The notes: a model not told the origin generated them from the letters alone. DNA of 25,953 nucleotides from Trichormus sp. ATA11-4-KO1 (GCA_019358915.1 JAHHIM010000049.1:1-25953); one strand, 5' to 3'; positions 1 to 8,693 are shown, counted from the first letter of the stretch. Translations and numbers: made by a program.

Positions 1-6
1 AAATCA

Positions 7-41
7 AGAGACTTAATACTACTTATTCTCATTAAGTCTCT
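7..41. repeat. 11-bp inverted repeat (AGAGACTTAAT-N13-ATTAAGTCTCT)
   Basis: Perfect stem, 7-17 / 31-41. Confidence 0.6.
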
Positions 42-105
42 GGAATCTTGAATCTAACTTAGTTCTTATGTACTACTCCGTCAGCTTTTTGTTGATGTGT
101 GACAG

Positions 106-495
106 TTAGGGTGCGGAAGGTGGGTTATAAGACTGTCGCCTAGAACTAGGGGTAGAACGCTGGTTCAATAAAGCGATCGCTCCTTCTAATTGGGCTAACC
201 GGAGAGCGATTGCTTCGGTCTTCTGTTCCAACTTTTCCAGTCGCTGTTGTGAGCTATCGTTTACACCCTGAACTGGCTGAGTATCTTGTTGATTGGCAAG
301 TTGTGTCAATTGGGCTTCGATTTGGTGTAGACGGGTTTCTACATCAGTTTCCATACCATCCACATCGCCCAGGACATAATGTAGTCCTTGAATTACTAAA
401 TTAGTGGCGGTGGTGTTGCGTTCTTTGGCTGCGGCTCTAAGTGCTGCTGCTAAAGGCTTGGGCAGTTTGAAGTTGATGGATTCCCGTTCTGCCAT
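106..495 (-). CDS. Ribbon-helix-helix/CopG-like DNA-binding protein with coiled coil, possibly 3'-truncated
   Basis: N-terminus ESINFKLPKPLAAALRAAAKERNTTATNLVIQGL has the beta-strand/helix/helix pattern of RHH proteins, followed by heptad-like RLEKLEQK..LAQLEGAI. The ORF stops abruptly after a Pro-rich linker. Confidence 0.6.
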   Translation of the reverse strand: MAERESINFKLPKPLAAALRAAAKERNTTATNLVIQGLHYVLGDVDGMETDVETRLHQIEAQLTQLANQQDTQPVQGVNDSSQQRLEKLEQKTEAIALRLAQLEGAIALLNQRSTPSSRRQSYNPPSAP

Positions 496-539
496 TCTAC
501 ACGGTTTATATACGTAAGTGTAGATAGTTTAGCGTTTTG

Positions 540-661
540 TGTTCTATGTATGGGCTTTTTGTTCGGAAATTTGGCTCTGGCTTTTTTGACAACGAGGATT
601 GCTTTGACCTTCAGGTTCTGGGATCTGCTTACCGGGTTTTGGGCTTAACCGAACCGTATTG
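540..661 (-). mobile_element. Internally deleted IS4-family remnant (left IR joined to transposase C-terminal tail)
   Basis: 644-661 CTTAACCGAACCGTATTG matches the IR of the IS at 4060-5547 at 17/18. With one frameshift the minus strand reads NPRVVKKARAKFPNKKPIHR, similar to NPRVVKKPVSKFCSKKPKHR in the intact IS tail. The left boundary is approximate. Confidence 0.75.
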
Positions 662-740
662 AATAGCGTATTTTTACACGTTATATACCTGTTCTGTGAT
701 ATAAACTACAGCAACCTTGTAATTCACTAGAAACAGTAAG

Positions 741-2030
741 ATGACTCATTATGGACTAATCTGTCCGGCGGCATCTGGCCACCTCAACCCTATGACTACC
801 TTGGGTTACGAGCTTCAAAAACGGGGTCATCGCGTCACCTTATTTGGAATAGTTGATGCTCAACCAAAAGCACTAGCAGCCGGATTAGAATTTCAGGCAG
901 TTGGCGAGTCTGATTTTCCTTTGGGGTCTATGCAACAGATGTTTACGCAACTGGGAAAACTGAGCGGATTAGCGGCACTGCGACATACCATCAATGCTAT
1001 ACAAAAAGGGACACAACTGAATCTCCGCGAACTGCCTTCATTAATAAAACAAGCAGGTGTAGATGCGCTCATAGTAGATCAAGTTTCTCCAGAGGGAGGA
1101 AGCGTAGCGGAATTACTCGATATTCCCTTTGTTAGCTGTGCTTGTGCCTTAATGATTAACCGGGATGTCAGTGTTCCTCCTTTTAATACCTCTTGGGATT
1201 ATAGTCCAGCAAAGTGGGCAAAGGTACGCAATTGGGCTGGCTACAAACTATTAAATCAAGTAGGCAAACCAATCCGTGAAGTAATCAGTGAGTACCGTCG
1301 CCAATGGAATTTACCACCACACTTTAGTCCTAACGACTCCTACTCCCAACTAGCCCAACTAAGTCAACAACCTGCTGAATTTGAATTCCCCAGAGAGAAT
1401 TTGCCTAATTGCTTTCATTTCACTGGAGCTTACAATAACCCCGCCAGTCGAGAATCAACACCTTTCCCCTTTGACAAGTTGACTGGGCAACCGCTAATTT
1501 ACGCCTCAATGGGAACCATCCAAAATCGCTTATTAGAAATTTTTCACTGTGTTGCAGAAGCTTGTAGTGAGTTAGATGTGCAATTGGTAATTTCTTTGGG
1601 TGGTTCTGCCAGCCCTGAAGTTCTACAAGGATTACCCGGACAACCTCTGGTAGTTGGTTATGCACCCCAACTGGAATTGCTGGAAAAAACAACCCTCACC
1701 ATTACCCATGCCGGGATGAATACCACATTGGAATCCTTGACCAAGGGTGTGCCAATGGTGGCAATTCCTATTACTAATGACCAACCAGGAGTAGCTTCCC
1801 GTATAGTTTGGTCTGGATGTGGTGAAGCTGTAACCTTGAAGAAGTTAAACGTGTCTAGGCTCAGAACTGCTATTCAAAAGGTGTTGACACAAGAAAGCTA
1901 TCAAAACAATGCTCTTAGATTACAGAACGCAATTAATACAGCAGGGGGAGTTAGCCGAGCTGCTGATATTATCGAGCAAGTTGTATCTACGGGTAAACCG
2001 TTATATAAAACCTATAGGACTACTATTTGA
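741..2030 (+). CDS. GT1/MGT-family UDP-glycosyltransferase (zeaxanthin glucosyltransferase/macrolide GT-like)
   Basis: N-terminal GHLNP...L..RGHRV motif and C-terminal PSPG-like box APQLELL..ITHAGMNTTLESL..GVPMVAIP..NDQ. Confidence 0.9.
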   Translation: MTHYGLICPAASGHLNPMTTLGYELQKRGHRVTLFGIVDAQPKALAAGLEFQAVGESDFPLGSMQQMFTQLGKLSGLAALRHTINAIQKGTQLNLRELPSLIKQAGVDALIVDQVSPEGGSVAELLDIPFVSCACALMINRDVSVPPFNTSWDYSPAKWAKVRNWAGYKLLNQVGKPIREVISEYRRQWNLPPHFSPNDSYSQLAQLSQQPAEFEFPRENLPNCFHFTGAYNNPASRESTPFPFDKLTGQPLIYASMGTIQNRLLEIFHCVAEACSELDVQLVISLGGSASPEVLQGLPGQPLVVGYAPQLELLEKTTLTITHAGMNTTLESLTKGVPMVAIPITNDQPGVASRIVWSGCGEAVTLKKLNVSRLRTAIQKVLTQESYQNNALRLQNAINTAGGVSRAADIIEQVVSTGKPLYKTYRTTI

Positions 2031-2116
2031 TTTTTGAACAGACACGTAGGGTGTGTTAGCGCTAGCGTAACGTACCAAGACTTAATTTTTTTCAGAAATC
2101 AAACCGGATTCCTATA
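2013..2116. mobile_element. 104-bp MITE-like element with an internal REP-like palindrome
   Basis: Imperfect terminal IRs TATAGGACTACTATTTGATTTTTGAA / TTCAGAAATCAAACCGGATTCCTATA with TA ends. Internal GTAGGGTGTGTTAGCGCTAGCGTAACGTACC hairpin at 2046-2076. Confidence 0.65.
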
Positions 2117-2333
2117 TGTGGGTTATTATGAGCGATCGCCTGCGGTAGTGGAACGCCATCGCCCCACTTAATTCTTAGAGGAAAGTATAGGAGCAATGCC
2201 TATCGAAGTTAGGGATGGGGAGTGATTAGAATTGAATACTTATCTATTAATTGCTTATATTACTTTATATAACGCTTTTCTTTTATTCTCCCTAAAAATT
2301 TTCTCCTGTGTCATTATGAGAGGTAAGAGTTAT

Positions 2334-2437
2334 TTCGGTTAACCGCATTTGTTTTTAGTATTGACAGACTTTTTGTTTTTGGTATTGACAGACTTTTCTC
2401 CGAAACTTAAATCTCTACACATTTATAATTTCGGAGA
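2334..2437 (+). promoter_or_regulatory. rbp-type 5' leader boxes (TTCGGTTA, TTTGTTTTTAGT duplicated, TCTCCGAA complementary to the RBS TTCGGAGA)
   Basis: TCTCCGAAA (2397-2405) is the exact complement of TTTCGGAGA (2429-2437). The boxes resemble the conserved leader motifs of cold-regulated cyanobacterial rbp genes. Confidence 0.7.
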
Positions 2438-2443
2438 CAATCT

Positions 2444-2743
2444 ATGTCAGTTTATATAGGCAACCTCTCTTACGAAGTTACCCAAGACACCTTGAGTGGT
2501 GTTTTCGCAGAATATGGTTCTGTCAAGCGTGTTCAGTTACCTACTGACCGCGAAACAGGACAAGTACGTGGTTTCGGTTTTGTGGAAATGGGAACTGAAG
2601 CTGAAGAAACAGCAGCTATTGAGGCTCTTGATGGCGCAGAGTGGATGGGACGAGACTTGAAAGTAAACAAGGCTAAACCCAGAGAAAATAGAAGTTCCTT
2701 TGGTGGCAACCAAGGTAACTATGGTGGACGTAGCCGTTACTAA
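2444..2743 (+). CDS. rbp: RRM RNA-binding protein with short Gly-rich tail (cyanobacterial Rbp family)
   Basis: RNP2 VYIGNL, RNP1 RGFGFVEM, Gly/Arg-rich C-terminus. Confidence 0.95.
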   Translation: MSVYIGNLSYEVTQDTLSGVFAEYGSVKRVQLPTDRETGQVRGFGFVEMGTEAEETAAIEALDGAEWMGRDLKVNKAKPRENRSSFGGNQGNYGGRSRY

Positions 2744-2806
2744 GGTTCACTGGTTCAGCTATTTGAGCTAATTTGCTTTTTTCAACAAATTAATTTCATG
2801 TAGTCG

Positions 2807-2836
2807 AGGCTCAAGTAGAAATACTTGAGCCTTTTT
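2807..2836 (+). terminator. Intrinsic terminator of rbp
   Basis: AGGCTCAAGTA-GAAA-TACTTGAGCCT 11-bp stem followed by a T-run. Confidence 0.8.
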
Positions 2837-2949
2837 GAGTTAAAAAGTGAGAAAAAATCAACGACTGTATAAGTTTAGATAACTAAAAAAGATGGGTAAT
2901 CCTTGATATTTCCCCCAAAAATTTTGGCGCTCGCACTCAATTAGCAGAT

Positions 2950-3153
2950 TTAATCATCTGGAAACTGCCAAGATGAAATACTTTCTACATCTTTGCTGCC
3001 ACATTTAGTACAAGTTACATCAAATTCTGAATCCATCCACTCATAGCCACAACTACGACAATGACAGAAAATATTATTGCGGTTAGCATCTTTTATACCT
3101 TGATGCCATTGCCGCAGTTGGTCGGAATTTTGAAAAGGAAAATTATCAGACAT
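2950..3153 (-). CDS. Small zinc-ribbon protein (67 aa)
   Basis: CHCRSCGYEW...CTKCGS gives two CxxC pairs. The ATG at 3153 (MSDNF) is preferred over the longer 3189 start. Confidence 0.7.
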   Translation of the reverse strand: MSDNFPFQNSDQLRQWHQGIKDANRNNIFCHCRSCGYEWMDSEFDVTCTKCGSKDVESISSWQFPDD

Positions 3154-3242
3154 TGTAATCACTACAAAACAGACCAACACATTACCCACACGCTAAGATT
3201 TTTACATAACTTCATAATTAAAGCTGGGAGTGCAGAACACCA

Positions 3243-3701
3243 ATGGAGAAAGCAACATTTGGGGCTGGCTGTTTCTGGGGTGTAGAGGCGGCATTTCGTA
3301 AGGTAAAAGGAGTAGTATCAACCTCAGTTGGTTACATGGGGGGTCATTTTCCCAACCCATGTTACCTTGATGTGTTATCGAGAATAACAGGCCATGCTGA
3401 GGTGGTGCAAATACAGTATGACCCTCAAATTGTTAGTTATGAAGACCTATTAAAAGTGTTTTGGGATATTCATGACCCGACAACGTTAAACCGCCAGGGG
3501 CCAGATAAAGGAGAACAGTATAGGTCTGTTATCTTTTTCCACAATGCCCAGCAAGCAGAAGCGGCGAAGGAGTCAAAAGCCAAGGTTCAAATGTCAAGCA
3601 GATTTGAACGTGATATTGTGACTGAGATTAAAAAAGCTAGTGAATATTACTTAGCAAGCGAGGAACATCAACAGTATTTTGAGAAGAAAGACAAACATTA
3701 A
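3243..3701 (+). CDS. msrA: Peptide-methionine (S)-S-oxide reductase MsrA (short form)
   Basis: GAGCFWG catalytic motif, GHAEVV, HDPTTLNRQGPD, QYRS, EEHQQY. Confidence 0.95.
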   Translation: MEKATFGAGCFWGVEAAFRKVKGVVSTSVGYMGGHFPNPCYLDVLSRITGHAEVVQIQYDPQIVSYEDLLKVFWDIHDPTTLNRQGPDKGEQYRSVIFFHNAQQAEAAKESKAKVQMSSRFERDIVTEIKKASEYYLASEEHQQYFEKKDKH

Positions 3702-4059
3702 ACCATCGCTTGGTTGATTCTTAGAGGAAAGTTTAGTTATTGGTTTTTCTTCGTGACTATGCCTTTCAATATAGCCTGAAGATGTTTCAACGCTCTAATC
3801 TCAGCAATTAGATACTGGAAACGAGATTTAAGCGAATGCTTCAATCTATTAAAGAATTACAATTAAAAATAATGGAAAATACATTAGTTGATAAAACCTT
3901 CCGTGACAGCGATGGCAACATTGTCATCGCACAGATGCCAAATCTACCGCTTATTGTTTGGATAGTAACCAGTTTACTTGCTTTAATTTTTCCAACTGGC
4001 AAGATTAATACAGTATTGGATGTAGTAGCAAATGGCTCCTTATTTACTTGGGCGTGGAT

Positions 4060-5547
4060 CAATACGGTTCAGTTAAGCCTCAAAGTCATGTAAATTAAGC
4101 ATTGTTCCCAAGAATGGAAATTAAGTGTGGTGCATCTGAGAGATTTTTCGTTGGTGTGTCCCGATATACAAAATGGTGACTTGCTGAAAGCAATCGAGAT
4201 GGCTATTCCAGCAACGGCAATTGAACAAGCGATGGCGAATACTCAAAGCGAAGAAGAACGCAAGCGGTGTTTACCAGCACAATTGGTGGTAAGCCTTGTA
4301 ATAGTAATGAGTTTGTGGTCAAAAGATTCAATGCGGGATGTACTGAAGAACTTGATTGATGGTTTAAGTGAGGCATGGATTAAGGTTGGGAAATACTGGC
4401 GAATACCTTGTAAGTCAGCCATTACACAAGCCCGACAGCGATTAGGGGCAAGGGTAATGAGCCAATTATTTCATCAATTAATACGACCAATGGCGACACA
4501 GGAGACATTACCCGGATTTCTCAATGGGCTAAGAATTGTAGCCATTGATGGCACTTGTTTCGATGTCCCAGACAGCGATGAAAATGCGAGAGTTTTTGGT
4601 CGTCCTGGCAGTCGTCCTGGGACAGTAGCAGCTTTCCCAAAAGTCAGATTAGTAATCTTAATTGAAGCAGGTACGCACTTAATTTTGGATGCTTTGATGT
4701 GTCCATATCGCATGGGAGAGCGTGTACGAGCGTTAAAGTTGTTACGCTCAGTCACCACAGGAATGTTATTGATGTGGGATAGGGGCTTGCATTCTTATGC
4801 AATGGTACAGGCAACAGTTTCCCAGGGATGTGATTATTTAGGCAGAATACCTGCCAATGTTAAGTTTCTCGTAGAACAACCTCTGAGCGATGGCTCCTAT
4901 TTGTCTAGGATTTACCCATCAGGAAAGCTGCGAAAAAAGGGTTCTCAGCCAATACTAGTACGAGTGATTGAGTATACTATTGAGCATCCAGAAAACCCAA
5001 CTGAACAACTTACATATCGCTTGATTACTAGCTTATTAGATATTGAAAAATTTCCGGCACAGTTGTTAGCTAGAGAATATCATCAGCGTTGGGAAGTAGA
5101 AAATACCATTGATGAATTGAAAATACACCTTTTAGGGCGAAAAACTCACGTTCGTTCCCAAAAACCACGCGAAGTAGTGCAGGAAATATATGGCTGGTTG
5201 TTGGGACATTGGTCAGTAAGGGTGTTAATGTTTCAAGCCGCAACTACTGCCGGGGTTCCACCATTACGTCTGAGTTTTACAGGAGCATTACGGGTCATTC
5301 GTCGTGCTATTCCTAAGTTTCAACGCTTACAGCCAGAAGAATTCCCCCTTTTTTCGATTGGTTAACCATAGAGATTCTGGATACGTTGTTACCCGAACGA
5401 ATTCACCGTACTAACCCCAGGGTTGTGAAAAAACCTGTATCAAAGTTTTGTTCTAAAAAGCCAAAACACAGAGGGACTGGAAAACGAGTAGAAGCTCCGA
5501 AGTTTCACATCACTAATAAGCTTCTTACCCTTAACTGAACCGTATTG
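4060..5547 (+). mobile_element. Complete IS4-family insertion sequence, 1488 bp
   Basis: Perfect 18-bp IRs CAATACGGTTCAGTTAAG (4060-4077) / CTTAACTGAACCGTATTG (5530-5547). 10-bp target duplication GGGCGTGGAT (4050-4059, 5548-5557). Confidence 0.95.
4127..5365 (+). CDS. IS4-family DDE transposase (a -1 frame extension runs to 5538)
   Basis: AIDGT, WDRGL and the YHQRWEVENTIDELK (Y-2-R-3-E-6-K) signature. Confidence 0.93.
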   Translation: MVHLRDFSLVCPDIQNGDLLKAIEMAIPATAIEQAMANTQSEEERKRCLPAQLVVSLVIVMSLWSKDSMRDVLKNLIDGLSEAWIKVGKYWRIPCKSAITQARQRLGARVMSQLFHQLIRPMATQETLPGFLNGLRIVAIDGTCFDVPDSDENARVFGRPGSRPGTVAAFPKVRLVILIEAGTHLILDALMCPYRMGERVRALKLLRSVTTGMLLMWDRGLHSYAMVQATVSQGCDYLGRIPANVKFLVEQPLSDGSYLSRIYPSGKLRKKGSQPILVRVIEYTIEHPENPTEQLTYRLITSLLDIEKFPAQLLAREYHQRWEVENTIDELKIHLLGRKTHVRSQKPREVVQEIYGWLLGHWSVRVLMFQAATTAGVPPLRLSFTGALRVIRRAIPKFQRLQPEEFPLFSIG

Positions 5548-5862
5548 GGGCGTGGATGGAATTATTTCAAGGCGTTAACTATTTTCGCAGGTCATTAGGT
5601 CTTGTTGTATTGATTGGCATTATCGCATCAAAAGTTATCTAGTTTACTATGCTAGAATCGCTTCTGCCACTACATAAATAAAGAAAAATGGTAAAACGTT
5701 AAATTGAGCATTTACCACTTTTCCGAATTAGTTATGGTTTTTGATTATATCCAGAAATATCCCCACCGGACAAAACAAATTTTAGGGATTAGTTACGAAC
5801 AGTTGCAATCACTGTTGAATTGCGCGATAAAACGTCATCTTAAATTTTAGTTTTTTGTCAAC

Positions 5863-7275
5863 TTATTTACGTGTAGTTGTGACTCGTAAAGCTTCTTCAA
5901 AATACTGTCGATATAGCTTACAACTGGATATGACCTGATTTCCTTGCAGCTTGACTAACCCCATGCTGTGTAGCTTAAAGGCTAAAGTCTGTTCTAACTC
6001 TACAGGTGTTGATAAGGCGATCGCTAGTTCATAGGCTGCTGCTAATTGTGGATGTTCTTGTAAGCTGCGTAAATGGCGATGTAAGTGATTACTGTAAATA
6101 CCTGCATCTGTAGCTGCTGTTTCGATTAACTGTTGGAAAGTTAAATCTTGCTGTGCTAAATGATATAAAGCTTGTTGTACTAAATATGGATGTCCATCCA
6201 CAAGCTGCATCAGTTCTGATAACTCGTCTTCAGATAGATTAATTCCATAACACTGGGCTAAATTGAATACTTGCACAGGTGTAAGTGTTTGCAACTCAAT
6301 TGCTAAACCCACGTTAAATGGTGACTTATTAATATCAAGCGGGATATATACTTCTGTGGAATGAACAATAACTAACCGCAGATTTTGCCACAGAGGATTA
6401 CCACTATCTCCATAGGCTGCTTCTTCATACCAAGAGCGCAGTAATGTAAAGAAATCATCCGCAATTTCTGGGTGTAAAAACACCTCATCAACTTGATCTA
6501 AAGCTAATACCAAAACACCATTAATATCTGGCAACAAACAGTCTTCAAAATAAGCAGTGCAATTACTTTTACTGCCAAAAGTTTCACTCCAATAATCCTC
6601 TACACGATAGGGTAGTTGCAGCTTACGAGTAATAGAAGCACAAAACCAACGCAAGAATTTATCTAAATCATTAAAAATAGAACGTTCTGCTCGCTGCAAA
6701 CTCAACGCTACAGTACGCACTTGTGAAGAATTATCTTGTTTAGCATGAGCTAAAATTCTCACCATTAAAGAAGTTTTGCCCATTTGACTTGGTGCTTTGA
6801 TGCGAATCAATGCTCCATCTCTAGTAATTTCTTCGTAACAGCGAGACTCGACTGGAGGACGTTCTATATATAAAGCAGAGTCTAATGGTATGAGTCCAAC
6901 TGGTGATTCTAATTCTAATGATTGGGAATTAATAACTGGCGATTGGGAGTTGACTAATAAGGAAGGTTTTTCAATTTTAAATTCTTCAGATGCTCGTTGT
7001 GCGAGGATAGCCATCAAATTAGTTTTACTGACTTTTTCCCCTAAACTAGCTGAAAGAATCTGCCATAATTTCGGACCTACATCATGTTTGATATACTCAG
7101 GAGCGTAGTCACATTCTTCGGCAATTTTATCATATTTTTGACCTAGCAAAGCTCCTCGTAATACAGCTACTTCAATGTTTTTCAGATGTCTTTTAGTTTT
7201 GGCAAATACTGCGGCATCTGCTATTTTCAAAGCTGCTTCAAATGTGATTGCTGTTTCTTGAATTACTTCCGTCAT
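5863..7275 (-). CDS. N-terminal HTH + AAA-like (AAA_35-type, STAND-like) NTPase
   Basis: HTH-like GQKYDKIAEECDYAPEYIKHDVGPKLW, YIERPP, Walker A APSQMGKTS, Walker B LALDQVD, SPFNVG, GHPYL. Confidence 0.85.
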   Translation of the reverse strand: MTEVIQETAITFEAALKIADAAVFAKTKRHLKNIEVAVLRGALLGQKYDKIAEECDYAPEYIKHDVGPKLWQILSASLGEKVSKTNLMAILAQRASEEFKIEKPSLLVNSQSPVINSQSLELESPVGLIPLDSALYIERPPVESRCYEEITRDGALIRIKAPSQMGKTSLMVRILAHAKQDNSSQVRTVALSLQRAERSIFNDLDKFLRWFCASITRKLQLPYRVEDYWSETFGSKSNCTAYFEDCLLPDINGVLVLALDQVDEVFLHPEIADDFFTLLRSWYEEAAYGDSGNPLWQNLRLVIVHSTEVYIPLDINKSPFNVGLAIELQTLTPVQVFNLAQCYGINLSEDELSELMQLVDGHPYLVQQALYHLAQQDLTFQQLIETAATDAGIYSNHLHRHLRSLQEHPQLAAAYELAIALSTPVELEQTLAFKLHSMGLVKLQGNQVISSCKLYRQYFEEALRVTTTRK

Positions 7276-7332
7276 TTTCTTTAATGTTTATAAATTTATC
7301 TCGATTTTTTTAATAGGTATGTTTTTATTTGT

Positions 7333-8082
7333 TTAACTTGCTTTATCTGCTAATTGTTGTAGGGTTTGAGTGAATGGATGGTCAGGATATTGTAAACAAA
7401 ATATGCCACTACTGCCCAGTTGTGCCATGTCTTCCGAAAGTGGCAATATACCTGCAATTGGAACGTTATAAGTTTTCTCTACTTTTTGCTGTAGTGATGC
7501 AAAATCCATACGATTTGGTGTCTTATTAATGACCATCATCATCTCGCAAACTTGCAGTTGACGAGCAATATTCACTGTTACCGCCGTGCCTTGAAAATCT
7601 TGGTGATCTGGACGAAGGATAATAATTAATAAGTCAGAAATAGCGATAGATAGTAAAGTTTCTCGGCTTAATCCAGGGTGAGTATCAATAAATAAGTAGT
7701 CTAATTCTAACTCTGTAATTAATCTTTGAAAGCCACTATTTAGTAAACTAACTTTGTATCCTTCGCTCAAAATCTTGGCAATTTCATCAGCATTGATACT
7801 AGAGGGTATGAGGAAAATTTTCCCCTGAGAAATTGCTAGATGAGAAGTAACATCACAGGCGGTATCCGCAATACAACTACGATTCCACAAATAGTCATTT
7901 AAGGTTTTACCTGCAATTGTCTTATTAATACCAAATAGAGCATGAATACCCGGAGATTGTAAATCAGTATCTACAATTGCCACTCGCTTCTCTTGAAGTG
8001 CCATTGCGACTGCTAAATTCGCTGTTAAGTTAGATTTACCTGTTCCACCTCGAAAGGAGTGAATCGCAATAATTTTAGACAT
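7333..8082 (-). CDS. MinD/ParA-family ATPase
   Basis: Deviant Walker A HSFRGGTGKS, VAIVDTD, FIDTHPG, INK motif. Confidence 0.9.
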   Translation of the reverse strand: MSKIIAIHSFRGGTGKSNLTANLAVAMALQEKRVAIVDTDLQSPGIHALFGINKTIAGKTLNDYLWNRSCIADTACDVTSHLAISQGKIFLIPSSINADEIAKILSEGYKVSLLNSGFQRLITELELDYLFIDTHPGLSRETLLSIAISDLLIIILRPDHQDFQGTAVTVNIARQLQVCEMMMVINKTPNRMDFASLQQKVEKTYNVPIAGILPLSEDMAQLGSSGIFCLQYPDHPFTQTLQQLADKAS

Positions 8083-8089
8083 AAAATAC

Positions 8090-8108
8090 TAATTCGTAAT
8101 TCGTAATT
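8090..8108. repeat. STRR-type heptamer tandem (TAATTCG)n
   Basis: TAATTCG TAATTCG TAATT. Confidence 0.6.
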
Positions 8109-8544
8109 AAGATATCTTGCTATTGCGAAGCGATTTAACTTCTATTTGCAATTGTTGAAAAGATTCGGTTTGAGTGATTTCTTCTACTTGATGTGCAAGT
8201 TTGTTTAAATCAATCTCTATTTGCATTTCTTGGAGTTGGAGTTTTTTCTCCTTTTCCTGCTGTTGCAATAGGCTTTCTAATTCAGCTTTCCCCTGGTTTA
8301 TAACTGCCAATTTCTGCTGCAAATTTGCAACTTCTGCCCTTAAACTCTCTTCGGTATCTTGTAGGTAAAATTTAGCTTTGTGTTTTACCTTATTCTTCCT
8401 TAACTGCTTCTGGGTTAATCTGGAAGGAAAAGGCATGGAAGCATTATTCTTTATTGCATTCTGGAAAGCAATGAGGTTAATTACATCTGCTGGGACTACT
8501 TTGATACCAAAATTAAGAGGATGTTGGGGCATGATATACTCCAT
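8107..8544 (-). CDS. Hypothetical coiled-coil protein upstream of the MinD-like ATPase
   Basis: 145-aa ORF with Q/E/L heptads, a C-terminal IEIDLNKLAHQVEEITQTESFQQLQ segment, and a 24-bp gap to the next gene. Confidence 0.7.
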   Translation of the reverse strand: MEYIMPQHPLNFGIKVVPADVINLIAFQNAIKNNASMPFPSRLTQKQLRKNKVKHKAKFYLQDTEESLRAEVANLQQKLAVINQGKAELESLLQQQEKEKKLQLQEMQIEIDLNKLAHQVEEITQTESFQQLQIEVKSLRNSKIS

Positions 8545-8693
8545 ATCATCAACGTCTGCGTTGGGAGTGTGCGGATCTTTACTGTTTTAGGATGACGCGA
8601 TCGCCCGACACAATGAAAGATCAGTTTTGTCACGAAGCGGTACTTATAAAACTGGTCTTGACAAAAGAGATTTTTTATGAATAAAAAATCAAT

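Larger units (their letters stand above)
3872..5642 (+). pseudogene. Small membrane protein (~90 aa) interrupted by the IS4 element
   Basis: Removing the IS and one copy of the duplication joins MENTLVDKTFRDSDGNIVIAQMPNLPL...FTWAW to MELFQGVNYFRRSLGLVVLIGIIASKVI* (stop 5640-5642) in frame. Confidence 0.85.

Noticed and set aside
741..2030. Assigning crtX, or linking the glycosyltransferase to the NRPS
   Set aside because: Substrate cannot be read from motifs, the gene is ~19 kb from the NRPS, and it lacks the shared promoter box.
7300..7326. Possible sixth copy of the promoter box (TCGATTTTTTTAATAGGTATGTTTTT) before the HTH-AAA gene
   Set aside because: Spacing is off by 2 nt, there are several mismatches, and the -10 would fall almost on the start codon.
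7333..8082. Calling the ATPase cell-division minD or plasmid parA
   Set aside because: No minC/minE or parB/parS nearby, and the signature Lys is replaced by Arg.
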